In this document: one piece after another, positions 38,227 through 52,712 of the stretch
How the letters are laid out: each line of letters opens with the position of its first letter
Position numbering within the stretch: position 1 is the stretch's first letter
NCBI GenBank assembly: GCA_964016885.1
Contig: OZ024745.1
Location: forward strand, 12,834,001-12,898,000
Reading direction: 5' to 3'
Origin: Eledone cirrhosa
Lineage: Eukaryota
DNA length: 64,000 nt
Made by a program: the position numbers and the translations under genes
Notes under the pieces: generated by a model
What the model was told of the DNA's origin: nothing
Database searches by the model: none
What the model saw: the letters and a program-made list of their open reading frames with translations, nothing else

Positions 38227-41200
38227 AGTCTTTCTCCATTTATTACGATCAGCAGCAACATTTTCCCATGTATCAGCAGAGTTGTTAGCGTCTTTCAAAG
38301 AGACTTTCAAGGAATCCTTATACCTCTTCTTTGGTTTATGTGGCGGTCGTTTTCCTTTAACTAACTCTCCATAAAAGAGTTGTTTTGGTATTCTAGAATC
38401 CTTCATTCTGGCAAGGTGACCACTCCAACGGAGTCGTTGCTTAAGCACAAGAGCTTCTATACAGTCACACAGAGAGCTTTCCAAAATCTCGACACCACTG
38501 ATGTGGTCCGTCCAGTGAATGCCATGGATCCGTCTGAGACACATGTGATGGAAACGCTCCAATTGCTTAAGGTGGTGTTGATATGTGACCCAGATCTCGC
38601 AGGCATAAAGAAGAGAAGAGAGCACACATGCCTTGTACACTTTTACCTTTGTCTTCTTGCATATGTCTCGCCGACCCCAACGTCGCCTTTCTAGCTTTCC
38701 GAAAGCATCACTTGCTTTCCTAATCCTGAGTGGGATTTCATTATCAAGGTTGCTGTATCGATTGACAGTGCTTCCCAGGTAGACAAACTGATCAACCACT
38801 CCAAGTTGTTTACCATACACATAGATATTTGGTTCACTGTACTGCTTACCAGGGGCAGGTTGGTACATGACGACGGTTTTCTTGAGACTGACAGTCAATC
38901 CTAGGGTAGTGCAAGCATCAGAAAATACATTCAAAATGTGCTGCATATCACTCTCTGTGTGCTACAAGATCGCAATCATCTGCATACAAGGTCTCTCATG
39001 ATTGATGTAAATACTTTTGTTTTTGCAGCAAAGCGCCTGATGTTAAATATGCTGCCTGAGGTTCGATATCGGATGTAAACACCATGCTCACAATTCCTGA
39101 ATGCAATATAGAAAACCATTGCAAAGTATATGGCAAACAGGGTCGGTGCTGGAATATCCCCCTGTTTCACTCCATTTGTTACTGAGATAGGCTCCGACAC
39201 GTTACCTCCGACATTAACCCAAGCCTTCATGTCATTATGGAAAGACCTAACTAAAGCAAGGAACTTATCAGGGCAACCAAGTTTCTGGAGAACCTTCCAT
39301 AATGCATTTCTGTTAACAGTATCGAAAGCTTTTGTCAGATCGACAAAAACCTGATTCAGATCCAAACCTTGTTCCATGCACTTCTCCAGGAGCTGTCTAG
39401 CTGAGAAGATCATATCAGTAGTGCCGCGTCCAGCATGAAAACCAGATTGACTTTCAGGAAGAACACAATCTGCAATGTGCGTCAGCAGACGGTCCAGAAG
39501 CACCCTACATAAACATTATCCTACGACAGAAAGAAAGGTTATACCTCCGTAGTTTCCACAATCATTCTTGTTACCCTTTAACTTGTACAAGACCACCACT
39601 ACTTCATCTCTCCAGTCCTCAGGTACGAATTCACTAGCCCATATCCTTCCAAACAAAGAGTGAAGATGTTGCAGGGATCTCTCACCACCATATTGTAGGA
39701 GCTCAGCATGTGCCATCCATAACTGGAGACCTTCCACTGTTCAACTTCGAGATAGCCACTGTAACCTCCACAAGCGTCGGAGGTTCTGCGAGAGCTACTT
39801 TCACAGGACTTTCTGGAATGAGATTGAGGAAATCTTCATTGATGACAGACGGCTGGTTCAAAAGCCTATGAAAGTGCTCTCGCCACCTTCGTAGAATTCC
39901 TTGTAAGTCACGAAGAATTTCTTTGCTGCGAAGCGGTGTCATCAGAGAAGAAGACGGTCCATAAACTTCACGCAAGAGACTACAACAGCTTTGTGTTATT
40001 GGAATATGACGCAGTTTGGATCTCATCAACCTTCTCACTCCACCACTGATCCTTCATCTGAGAAAGACTCTGCCTAACACGTGATTTCACATCCTTGAGT
40101 ACCTTATGCAACATATTCTTCTCCTGTGGTTTTGCCGTCAAGTAGCGTGACAGAGCACGCCTCTTATCAGCCAAAAAGTCTTCTATATGTTCATCACTCT
40201 CATTAAACGAGTCTTGATGTTTTCTCTGCACCAACCCCAGAACACGCCTGCCTACATCATAAACCCACTTTTTAAGAGTCGGCCAATCCTCACCAAGATC
40301 TGCAACCTGCATCTCTTCTCGCAATGTCCTCTTTACATTTTTATCCCTAAGAGCAACATTCAATATTCTGGGCAGGGCAAAACCAGTAGCCCGGATGTCA
40401 CGTTTAGTGATTGTTTCACTTTTGCGCGTACCAGGCGGGGTCCGTCCAGCACTCAGCTCCATGAAGAGCACGAACACACGGCGCTTCCCGTCTGTCACGC
40501 GTCCTGACTAGGACGTAGTCCAAAAGATGCCATTCCTTAGATGCAGGATGCATCCATGTAGTCTTAAATTTGTTCTTTTGTTGGAACATGGTGTTGGTAA
40601 CACACAGATCCAGCTCCTCACACATCTGCAGCAGGAGCATACCATTGTTGTTACACTTTCCCACCCCATGCCTTCCGATTACATTCCATATGTTAAAATC
40701 CCTACCTACTCTAGCATTAAAGTCACCAAGCACGATGACTTTGTCTGCCTGAGAGATATTTCTTAAAACACCTTTCAAGGCATGGTAAAAGGACACTTTT
40801 TCTTCATCGACAGAATTCATAGTTGGAGCATACACACTCACCAGGGTCGCATATCTTCCTCTGTCCAGCGGAATTCTCATGGACATAAGACGCTCACTAA
40901 TCCCTACTGGGAATTCTTCTAATTTATTCACAAGAACAGTCTTAACAGCAAATGCTACCCCAGCCTCTCTTCTGGTTCCTTCATCTCTTCCTTTCCAGAA
41001 GAATGTATATTCTCCACAAAATTCTGTAAGATGACCATCTCCAGCTAACCTCGTCTCAGATAAAGCTACGATGTCAAGATCGTAACGTCGAAGCTCCTTT
41101 GCAACAAGAGTGGTCCTTCGTTCAGGACGTTCCAAGGAATCCCTGTCAAGCAGCGTCCGTACGTTCCAGCAGCCAAGACTAAATGCCTTGTTTGGCTCTA

Positions 41201-41689
41201 TTACAGTGGTACGATGACGAGCGGACCCAGGCTGTGATAACCTGGGGCTCCTGCCCTTATTGCCAATTATCTCTTTTGTTCCAGAACCCTTATTGCCAAT
41301 TATCTCTTTTATATTGTTTTGGAACATCATTGAATTTGGAAAAAAAAAGTAATAATAATTTTTGTAACACACAACACCACACCAACTGTATCACATGACA
41401 TCACATGAACTGTACCACACTACATACACCAATTATACCACACCACACAGAAGAAGACCACACCACACCAACTGTACCACATGAAACTACACTACAGTAT
41501 ATTATACCACTCTACATAACACTGCCTCACACTACAGTACACTACACCGCACTACAATACACTGCACCACCCTACACTACACTACACCATACCACTGTCC
41601 ACTCTACTACTGCTGTTTTCTATTTTGCAGGTATGTCCAATTACAGTAAAAGAAAGAAAGTTATTTCAATGGATCTGAGTAAGTAAACA

Positions 41690-42030
41690 CTTCATTGACC
41701 ATCATTTTAAGGCATGATCACAGTGTAGTTTTAAATTGACCTCTTGATATCATTACACCTTAGACCTCTATATATGATTACACCTCAGTCTTAAATTAAT
41801 GACCTCAATTCAGTTTTACATTAATGACCTATAGATATAATTTCAGTTCAGTCTTAAATTAATGACATATAGATATGTTCTCAGTGCAGTTTTAAACTAA
41901 TGACATATAGATGTGGCTACACCTGTCTTATATTAGTGACTTATAGATAAGATTACACCTCTGACTTAACTTAGTGACCTATAGATATTACACCTCTCTC
42001 TTAACTTAATGACCTGTAGATGGATGCTAC
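41690..42030. repeat. Degenerate ~40-bp minisatellite
   Basis: Repeats of CAGTCTTAAATTAATGACCTATAGAT..TTACACCT. Confidence 0.7.
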
Positions 42031-44189
42031 ATGTAATGTTAAAATTAGTTGATCACTGTCTCCTCCCCTCCTCATCACATGTGGTTGCTACATGTTTATT
42101 GTTAATATTAATGTAATGATGTCTTCCCCCCCACCACTACAACATCATGCCACACCACATCAAACCATACTGTACCTCACCAGACCACTCACCACATGAC
42201 ACCATACTATACCAGAGTCCGAGAGATCAGCTATATATATTTTTGTTTACATTTTTTTTTTATATTTAGATGGAAGAGAAGAAAAAGACCACAACAAAAT
42301 CAAAGACAACAAAAACAAAGAAGGCAAGAAAAATGAAGAAAACAATGAAACGAAGAAGTCAAAGACAATGTAGACGGTGATGACGACGAAAGTATGATTT
42401 CAGTTCAATCTTAACCTAATGATTTATAGATAAGATCTTAGTTCAGTCTTAACTGACTACTCATATGAGCCGGGGACCTTCAGCTTGCTTACATAGATTT
42501 CAGCACTTTACAGTGTGTACTGGGTACATTTTATCGTGTTGCCACTGCCAGGGAGGTTGTCATGTACTTGACACAACTAAAGAGTCCTGCCAACCATGCC
42601 AAACAAAGAGTAGGGAGGACACTTCAGTTGTGTCATAGACATGACAACATTCCTAGTGCTAGTATCACATTAAAATGTTGCCAGTACACTTAGTAAAGCA
42701 CTGGAATGTCTGATCATCATTGTCATCATATCATGTCCACCTACCATGCTAATATCAGTCAGATGAGTTATCATGGCCCATGATAACTTGCATATGTGTT
42801 CCATGTTTAGCATGGTTTCAATAGCTGGATGCCCTTCCTAATACCCTCGCAGAGTGTACAAGGTGCAATTTATCATGATACCAGTACTACCAACTTACAA
42901 AAATGTACAGGATGCATTTTATTGTGACACGTGCACAAGAGAGTTTGTCCTCTCTACATCATATTGTCTTTATTTCATTGCCAACCACTTTACAGAATGT
43001 ATTAGGTGCAGTTTATCATGGCACCAGCACAAGAGATGTCGAATATCTGGCCAAACTGAAGAGTTTTCTCTGCACCATATAGTTTCCATTCAATTACCAA
43101 CCACTTTACATAGGGTATTTTATCATGGTACCATCAACCACTTTACAGAGTGTACTGGTGTGTTTTACATCACTATGTGGTAGTGTCTTAGGCAAGTGTC
43201 CTCTAGTGTAAACCCTAGATAACGAATGCCTTGTTGAGTGTTGTGAAGTTAGAAAGTGATGGGATGTTGTGAGGCTGTGTTGTGGGGTTGCATTGTGAGG
43301 TTACATTGGGAGGTTGTGTTGTGAGGTTGCATTGTAAGGTTGTGTTATGATGTAGAATTACGAGACTGTGTTGTGATTTGATAGATATCTGAGCAATGAA
43401 AATTACCTTTGGCCCCCAACTGTATTTTAGACAGTGTCACCTTAGCTGAGCAGTGGAAACACACATATGGCTTTCAGCAGTATGTTAGTCATTGTCACCT
43501 TAGCTGAGCAATGAAAACACACATCCGTCCCTCAACAGTCAGTTAGTCACTTTCAACTAAAACTCATAGATGCGAGACTCCAGCATGGTCACAGTGCATT
43601 GTCTGATATCAGTAAAAGACGAGCATTGTAACTATAAATACATTATGACTGTTTTTATTCATGTTAACAGTGAATTTAACATTCAAAGATATTTGTGTAT
43701 ATTTTGTTGATGTTTGACATTGCTTTTTTAGTTATGAAATAGCTTATAAACTACTTTATAGGATTACAGCATGAGCACACTGCTCTTTAAATTAACTTTA
43801 TCTCCTCAGCACTTCGTAAAATCCAAGAAATAGGCAACATATATGTTTTACATTCTTTGTTATTGGTGTTTAGATGGAAGAGAAGACAAAGGCACAGAAG
43901 AAGACAAAAGTACAGAAGAAGAGAAAGGCACAGAAGAAGATAATGAAGATGAACAAAGACAATTATTACTACTATTGTTATTGTTATTATTATTTGTATT
44001 ATTATAATCAAACTATGCTACACCACCCCACGCTATACCACACCATCCTACACCACAGCACACTAGTATAAACATTATACTATACCACACTATATGAGAC
44101 CACACCACACTATGAAACAATATATGACACCACACCACACTATGAAACACTCTACTATACCACACTATAACACACCACTTTAACCTGAA

Positions 44190-46150
44190 TTCTAACACTA
44201 GAAGTAAACACTAACACTAATGGTAAACACTAACACTAACCTGATAACTAACACTAACCTGAATACTAACCCGAACACTATCACTAAAACTAACATTAAT
44301 CCTAACATTAAGCTGAACACTAACACTAAAACTAACATTAACCAGAAAACTAAGCTAACATTAACCTGAACACTAACACAAACACTAACGCTAACACAAA
44401 CAGAAATACTAACACAAACACTAACACTAAAATTAACACAAACACAAACACTAATACTAACACTAACCTTAACCTGAACACTAACACTAAAACTAACATT
44501 AACACTGACATTAATCTGAATACTAACACTAAAAGTAAACACTAACACTAAAAGTAAACACTAACACTAAAAGTAACACTAACACTAACTAGAAAACTAA
44601 CACTAACCAGAACGCTAACACTAACACTAACACAAAAACTAACACTACCATAAACACTAACACAAACACTAACACTAACCTGAGCACTAATAGAAAAAAG
44701 TAACACTAACATTAGCCTGAACAGTAATACTAAAACTAACACTAACCTGAAAACTAACACTAACCATAAAACTAAGTTAACATTAACCTGAACACTATCA
44801 CAAACACTAACGCTAACATTAACAGAATTATTAGCACAAGCACTAACACAGAAACACTAATACTAACACAATCACTAACACTAACACTAAAACTAACATT
44901 AATACTAACATTAACCTGAAATCTAATACTAAAGGTAAACACTAACACTAACCTGAACACTAACACTAAAACTAACATTAACCCTAACATTAACCTGAAT
45001 GCTAACACTAACTAGAAAACTAACACTAACACTAAAACTATCATAAACACTAACACAGACACTAACACTAACCAGAAAACTAAGCTAACATTAACCTGAA
45101 CACTATCACAAACACGAACGATAACATTAACATAAATACTAACACAAACACTAATACAGAAACACTAATACTAACACAATCACTAAATCTAACATTAACC
45201 CTAACATTTACCTGAACACTAACACTAACTAGAAAACTAACCCTAACCCTAACCTGAGCACTAATACAAAAAGAAACACTAACATTAACCTGAACAGTAA
45301 TACAAAAACTAACACTAACCAGAAAAGTAAGCTAACATCAACCTGAACACTATAAAACACTAACGCTAACATTAACAGAAATACTAACACAAACACTAAC
45401 ACAAAAACTAACATTAACACTAAAACTAATATTAACACTAACATTAACCTGAAATCTAACACTAAAAGTAACATGAACACTAACCTGAAAACTAACACTA
45501 ACACTAAAACTAACACTACCATAACACTAACACTAATCTGAGCACTAATACAAAATGTAACACTAACATTAACCTGAACAGTAATACTAAAACTAACACT
45601 AACCTGAAAACTAACACTAACCAGAAAACTAAGTTAACATTAACCTGAACACTATCACAAACACTAACGCTAACATTAACAGAATTATTATCACAAACAC
45701 TAACACAGAAACACTAATACTAACACAATCACTAACACTAACACTAACATTAACACTAACTTTAACCTAAACACTAACACTAACATGAACACTAACCAGA
45801 AGACTAAGCTAACATTAACCTGAACACTAATGCTAACATTAACACCAAATAAAAAAGACTAACACAATCACTAACACTAATGGAAATACTAACACTAACA
45901 CAATCACTAACACTAATGGAAATACTAACACTAACACAAACACTAATACAAAATCAAACACTAATGGAAACACTAACACTGACCTTAACACTAACACTCA
46001 TAATAACCTGAACACTAACGCAAACACTAAAACAAACACTCACTAAAACAAACACTCACTAAAACAAACACTCACTAAAACAAACACTCACTAAAACAAA
46101 CACTCACTAAAACAAACACTCACTAAAACAAACACCCAATAACACAAAGA
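44190..46150. repeat. Degenerate (CTAACA)n hexamer satellite
   Basis: About 2 kb of ACTAAC/ATTAAC/CTGAAC variants with longer internal duplications. 17-bp perfect repeats at ~46025-46133. Confidence 0.92.
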
Positions 46151-47545
46151 CAAACACTAAAACCCTCTAACACTAACAGAGAGCTCAATGCTGATACTGA
46201 CGCAGATGCCTACGCTGACGCAAACGATTATGCTAACGCAAACGCTGACACAATTGCTAACACAAATGCTGACACAAATGCTAATGTGAATATTGACGCA
46301 GGCCCAAACGCGAATGCTGACGTAGACGCTGACACAGACGTTAATGCAAACACGAACGCTGACACTAACACAAATGCTGACGAAGATGCTAACACAAATA
46401 CTAACACTGATGCAGACTCTAAAACTGACGCAGAGGGTAACGCAAACGCTGACACAGACGCTAACACGAACCCTAATGCTGACATTAACACAAATACTAA
46501 TGCTGACACAGACGCTAATGCAAAAGCTAACGCTGCCACAAATGCAGATACAAACACAAATGCTGACGTAGACGAGAACGCAGATGATGACAGCGATACT
46601 AACACGATCCCTTACGCAGACGTAAACTTTGACGCAGATGCTATAGGAAACGCTGACGCAAATGCTGATGCTATCGCAAAAGCTTATGCAGACGCTAAGG
46701 CAGACGCTAACGCAGACGCTGATAGCACCACCAGCGTTTACCCCGACGCCGAAGCCGATATGCAACGCAATGCCGATGCGGACGCAAATGCAAACACAAA
46801 TGCTAACGCTAACGCTGATGCATATGCTGAGACAGAGAGACATAACCGCCGACACTGATGTAAACACTGATGCTAAGGCAAATGCTGACGCGGGCATACA
46901 GCCAACGTTTACGCTGACGCAAATTTGCTGAGGCAAAGGCAAACTCTGATGTTGTTTAGGCTTCCCAGACGCGGACGCCAACGGAAAGGTTGGCGGAACC
47001 GCTGAGCTAATGCAAACGCTGACGCACATGCTAACGCAAAAGCCAACGCTAACGCTGATGCAAATGCTGAGGCAGACGTATATGTTGATGCAAACGCTGA
47101 CACAGTCGCTAAAGGGAAAGGTTGTCGCAAACGCTAACGCTGACACTAACGAAGACACTGATTCAAACGTTAACGCAGACACTGATACAAACACTAATGC
47201 TGACACTAACGAAGACACTGACGCAAACACTAACGCAGATACTGACGCAAACACTAACGCGGATACTGATAGAGACACTGACGCTAAGGCAAACGCTGAT
47301 GCAATCGCTATCACAGACGCAAACGCTGACGTAGATGCTGACACTGACGCAAACGCTAAGGCTAATGCAAACATTAACGCAGATGCTAACACAAACTCTA
47401 TATAAACACTAGCTTACATAGACGCTTATGCAAATGGTAACATTGACGCAAAGAGTGGCGCTAACAATAACACTAACAGTAACACAGTCATTAACAATAA
47501 ACTTACCATTAACTGTAAAACTTACCTTAACACTAACCCTAAATC
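46150..47545. repeat. GC-richer hexamer repeat (GCTGAC/GCAAAC/GCTAAC)
   Basis: Continuous with the upstream hexamer array; produces A/D/N/T-rich ORFs. Confidence 0.85.
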
Positions 47546-47689
47546 TAACATTAATCCAGCTATAGAAGATAGGCATTATATTTTAAAGATTTTAAGTTAG
47601 AGAGAATCACGCTATACCATACAACACAATAACACAACACACCACACTAACCTACACAACACCAAACCAGATGATACCATATCCTGGTA

Positions 47690-49860
47690 AATTTACGATA
47701 GGTTTCCATGTCATAACTTCACCAAACAAAAACCTCACCATACCAAACTACACCAAACCAAACCCCACCATACCAAACAACACCATACTACATTACACCA
47801 TGCTATTGATCTCAGTGTGAAAAATTTTCTTCCTGTTTTTTTTTTTTGTGTGTGCTTATCACCCGATTTGACATGAAAGGTGCTCACAATTGACTATTTT
47901 TTTGCAAATTACCCCAAACTACCCCAAACCACAAGATACCAAACCACACCATACCAAACTACACCATACAACATCATACTGTGGTAAATTTATTCAAGAA
48001 CACCTACTCCTTGATCTCAGTATGAAACATTTTCTTTCGTTTATTTATTTATTTATTTTTTTTTGTGTGGTTACCACCCGATCTGACATCAAAGGTGCTC
48101 GCAAATGACTATTTTTTGCACATATTATCAATGAATATGACATAGAAACTTGTCAAAAATGACTAGCTTTGTAGAAAAAAGAGGGTGGAAGTGGGTGGAA
48201 ATACCATTTACAAAGCTAGTCATTTTTGATTGCAGTTGAAGTCATATTTGTTGTTTAGTCAACTGCAAGCATCTTGGCAGTTGGATTGGTTAATAGCACA
48301 TGGAAAAAACAGAGGAAAAATTTGTTTCTGATTTAAATCAAAGTGGAAATTAAAGTCCTTACTTTATAGGGAAACACATTATAACAAAGCAGACCACACC
48401 ACATTAAACTACCCCACATCATACCAAACTACATCATACTACATCACACCATGGTAAATTTATTGCAGATCACCTACTCCTACCATTCCGATCACACAAT
48501 GGTATTTACATCAATGTGACAAATTTTCTTCCCTCTTTTTTTTTCCCTTTTTTTTTTGTGTGTGATTACCACCCAATCTGACATCAAAGATGATGGCAAT
48601 TGACTATTTTCTCACACATTATCAATGAATATATCATGAAAACCTATCGTTTACTATTGGTTTCCATGTCATAACTTCACCAAACCAAACCACACCATAC
48701 CAAACTACACCAAACCATACCAAACTACACCAAGCCAAACCACAGAATACCAAACTACTACATCTCACCATACTATTGATCTGTGTGAAAAATTTTCTTC
48801 CTGTTTTTTTTTTTTTGTCTGCTTACCACCCAATTTGACATCAGAGGTGCTCACAATTGACTATTTTATGCACATATCAATGAATTTGACATGGAAACTT
48901 GTCAAAAATGACTAGCTTTGTAGAAAAAAGAGGGTGGAAGTGGGTGGAAATACCATTTACAAAGCTAGTCATTTTTGATTGCAGTTGAAGTCATATCTGT
49001 TGTTTAGTCAACTGCAAGCATCTTGGCAGTTGGATTGGTTAATAGCACATGGAAAAAACAGAAGAAAAATGTTTTTCTGACTTGATTCAAAGTGGTAATT
49101 AAAGTCCTTACTTTATAGGGAAACACATTATAATAAAGCAGATCACACCACATTAAACTATCCCAAACTTTACCATACTACATCATATCATGGTAAATTT
49201 ATTGGAGAACACCTACTCCTACCATTTACATCATACCATGGTCTTGACATAATTTTTTTTGTGTGGTTACCACCCAATCTGACATCAAAGGTGCTTGCAA
49301 TTGACTATTTTCTCACACATTATCAATGAATATGTCATGAAAACCTATCGTTTACGATTGGTTTCCATGTCATAACTTCACCAAACCAAACCACACCATA
49401 CTAAACTACACCAAACCCAAACTATAACAAACTACACCAAGCCAAACCACAGAATACCAAACTACATCATACTACATTACACCATGTTATTGATCTGTGT
49501 GAAAAATTTTCTTCCTGTTTTTGGGGGTTTTTTTTTCCCTCTGTCTGCATGTGTGCATGTGTGCGCGCGCGCGCGCGTGTGTGCTTCCCACCTAATCTGA
49601 CCTCCAAGTTGCTTGCAATTGCCTTTTTTTCACATATCAATGAATGTGACCTTGAAACTGTGGGAAATGACTAGCTTTGTCGAGAAATGAGGGCGGCAAG
49701 TGGGAGGAAAAACGATTGACAAAGCTATTCATTTTTTATGGCAGTGCATATCATAGTCGTTGAGAATATGCAAAAAGAATACTTGATTGCGTGCATCTTG
49801 GAGGTCAGATAAGTTGAAAGCACATGAAAAACAAAGGAAAACAAATTTTCCAGCTAAAAT
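47690..49860. repeat. Tandem array of ~0.7-1 kb foldback-type units
   Basis: GTTTCCATGTCATAACTTCACCAAAC recurs at ~47702, 48660 and 49361. A central hairpin recurs at ~48154, 48903 and 49665. Confidence 0.85.
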
Positions 49861-49886
49861 TGTTCTACCTGTCTGTCTACCTACCC

Positions 49887-49975
<89 letters not shown>

Positions 49976-50233
49976 AAGGTTAAAGAAGGTTCAATGAATA
50001 AATCAAAGAATGAGTTTTACAATAGATTGGAAGCATATTTAAATTATCAAACTGTTATATTGCTACCATGTATTTTTAAAACTTTCTCACACGTACCCTC
50101 TCTATTGTATGTATTATCTTTTTCTCATGTTTTCAATATTAAGGTATATAAATATTGGATTTTGTCATATATTATTCACTACCACGACTGAATCTTAACC
50201 ATCTACCATGTCAGGGTATGTCATGCATCATCT

Positions 50234-50299
50234 TATTTTATCTGATGAGGACATACTGTTGAAGTTAACTCAGACCTCTGAAATATGTATAATAAAATA
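50234..50299 (+). ncRNA. Hammerhead motif in a Penelope pLTR relic (~49972-50350)
   Basis: TATTTTAT-CTGATGA-...-GAAA-TATGTA-TA-ATAAAATA; stem II is degenerate. Confidence 0.65.
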
Positions 50300-50347
50300 T
50301 ACTTGATCACAAGAATATCTATTTTGTTAAAATTTCGAATTAATATA

Positions 50348-50410
<63 letters not shown>

Positions 50411-50413
<3 letters not shown>

Positions 50414-52560
50414 GCGACAGACAAGATTTGTGGTTGGGGCAAGATCACAGGGAGGAGGAGAGTGACTTGGTGATGGAACAATAAGGTAGAATGGGGGAAG
50501 CAGGGTACATTACATAGAGACAGGAGGGAAACTAGGCGATAAGTATACTTAGCTAGAAGGGAAGCGGAGGATAGAAAATTGAAGCATGTTTTGCAGCGTG
50601 GGGACCAGAAACAGGAGGTGTTCAGGATCGCAAGGCAGTGTGTCAGAGAGAATTGTGATGTCATTGGAGAGAAGTGTATCCGGAATGATAAAGGTGAGCT
50701 TGCCCTCACAAGTGCCGAGAAGAAAGCTGCGTGGAAGAGCCATTGTGAAAGATTATTAAATGAGGAGAATGCATGGGAGAAAGAGACTCTACTCCAAGTG
50801 GACCCTATAGAGGGGCCAGCAGTACAAGTCAGCAGCAGTGTAGTAAGTAAGGCAATCAAAGATATGAAGACTGGGAAGGCAACCAGTCCAACGGGTATAG
50901 CTGCCAAGATGCTGAAAACAATTGGATCGGTAGGTCACACTAGATCCACACATATTGTTAACCAGGTAATACTAGAGTGTGTCATACCAAAGGATTGGCA
51001 CAGCAGCATCATTGTCAACTGCTACGAGGATAAAGGAAATGCACTAGATAGAGGAAACTAGAGCTATAAAGCTGATGGACCAGGTCATGAAAGTAACGGA
51101 GAGAGATATAGCACAGTTGATTAGGGACTGGGTAAAACTTGATGAGATGCAGTTTGGGTTTGTGCCAGGAAGAGGCTCCACTGATGCCCTCTTCTTTGTG
51201 AAGCAGTTACAGGAAAAGTATCTAGTTAAAAGTAAGCCTCTCTACCTGGCATTTGTCGATCTGGAAAAAGCCTTCAATAGAGTGCCCCATGCTATAATCT
51301 GGTGGGCTCTTAGAAAACTAGGAGTAGATGAATGGCTTGTGAAAGCTGTACAAACCATGAATAGGGGGGCAGTCAGCAAAGTTAAGGTTAACAATGACTA
51401 TAGCGAGGAATATAGCATACAGGTCGGTGTCCACCATGGCTCTGTTCTTAGCCCTCTCCTGTTCATTATAGTATTGCAGGCAATAACAGAAGAGTTTAAG
51501 ACTGGATGCACATGGGAACTCCTGTATGCGGATGATCTCAGACTTATAGCTGAATCTATGGTGGAACTAGAGAAGAAATATCAAACATGGAAGAAGGGAC
51601 TAAAAGGAAAGGGTCTCAAAGTCAACTCGACAAAGACTAAGGTCCTCGTAAGTAGATGAGAAAACAGATCCCAGATCCCCTCAGGGAAGTGGCCTTGCTC
51701 AGTATATAGGAAAGGTGTAGGTAGGAACTCCATCCTCTGCCCCAAATGCAAACAATGGGTACACAAGAAGTGTAGTGGGATCTCAGGAAGCTTAGCTAAG
51801 AATGTAGGATTTACATGTAGCAGCTGCACCGGGACAGCAAGCAGCAAACAGCCACAGGAAAGAAGCACCTCCAAACTCTGGGAGGACTCAGTAGAAACAG
51901 TAGACAGCTTTTGCTACCTAGGTGACCAAATTAGCAGTGGAGATGGGTGCTCGGAAAGTACAATAACTAGGGTAAGAATGGGAAGGAAGAAGTTCAGGGA
52001 GCCACTGCTAACTGCTAAAGGCTTTTCTCTCAAAATGAAAGGCAGACTGTATGATGCGTGCATTCGAACAGCAATGTTACATGGTAGTGAGACATTATAC
52101 CTAGAATAAGGACAGGTTGGAAGAAGTTTAGGGGGCTGCTTCCTCTGTTGACGAAGAAAGGTTTCTCCCTGTGTACGAAAGGTCGGTTATATGATGCATG
52201 TGTGAGACACACTGCTGCATGATACGACCAAGCATAGATGAGTTGAGAGAGAAACTACGTATAAGAGGGATAAGTTATAGTGTGCGGGAGAGAAGACTGC
52301 AATGGTATGGACATGTGATGCGCATGGAGGATGACCGCTTGGTAAAGTGCCAAGAAAACCCAGTAGAAGGAAGATGTGGTAGAGGAAGACCACGGAAAAC
52401 ATGGGCGGAGGTGGTGAGAGCAGACCTCAGATTGCTGGAGCTCGCGGAGGAGATGACGAAGGACCGTGACAAATGGAAAGATGCTGTGCTGAATAGGACC
52501 CGTCCCACACTTGCAAGCAGGGAAAAGTGGACGTAAAATGTTGATGAGGAATGATGATGA
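50411..52560 (+). mobile_element. RTE-type LINE with PHD finger (copy 4) joined to the 3' end of another subfamily at ~52096
   Basis: ORFs 50579-51061 and 51075-51659 (LLYADD). The R.R.GWKKFR region occurs twice. GAT-rich tail. Confidence 0.9.
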
Positions 52561-52611
52561 TATATATGTTTATATGTATGTATATGTATATACATATGTA
52601 TGCATGTATAT

Positions 52612-52696
<85 letters not shown>

Positions 52697-52712
52697 ATGT
52701 GGATAGTGCACA

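Noticed and set aside
45235-45256. True telomere
   Set aside because: Only a couple of CCCTAA units occur, embedded in an internal degenerate array.
44198-47392. Minus-strand hydrophobic ORFs (LVLV, VSVS, 411 aa) as membrane proteins
   Set aside because: These are by-products of a hexamer repeat lacking stops in some frames; there is no domain or splice evidence.
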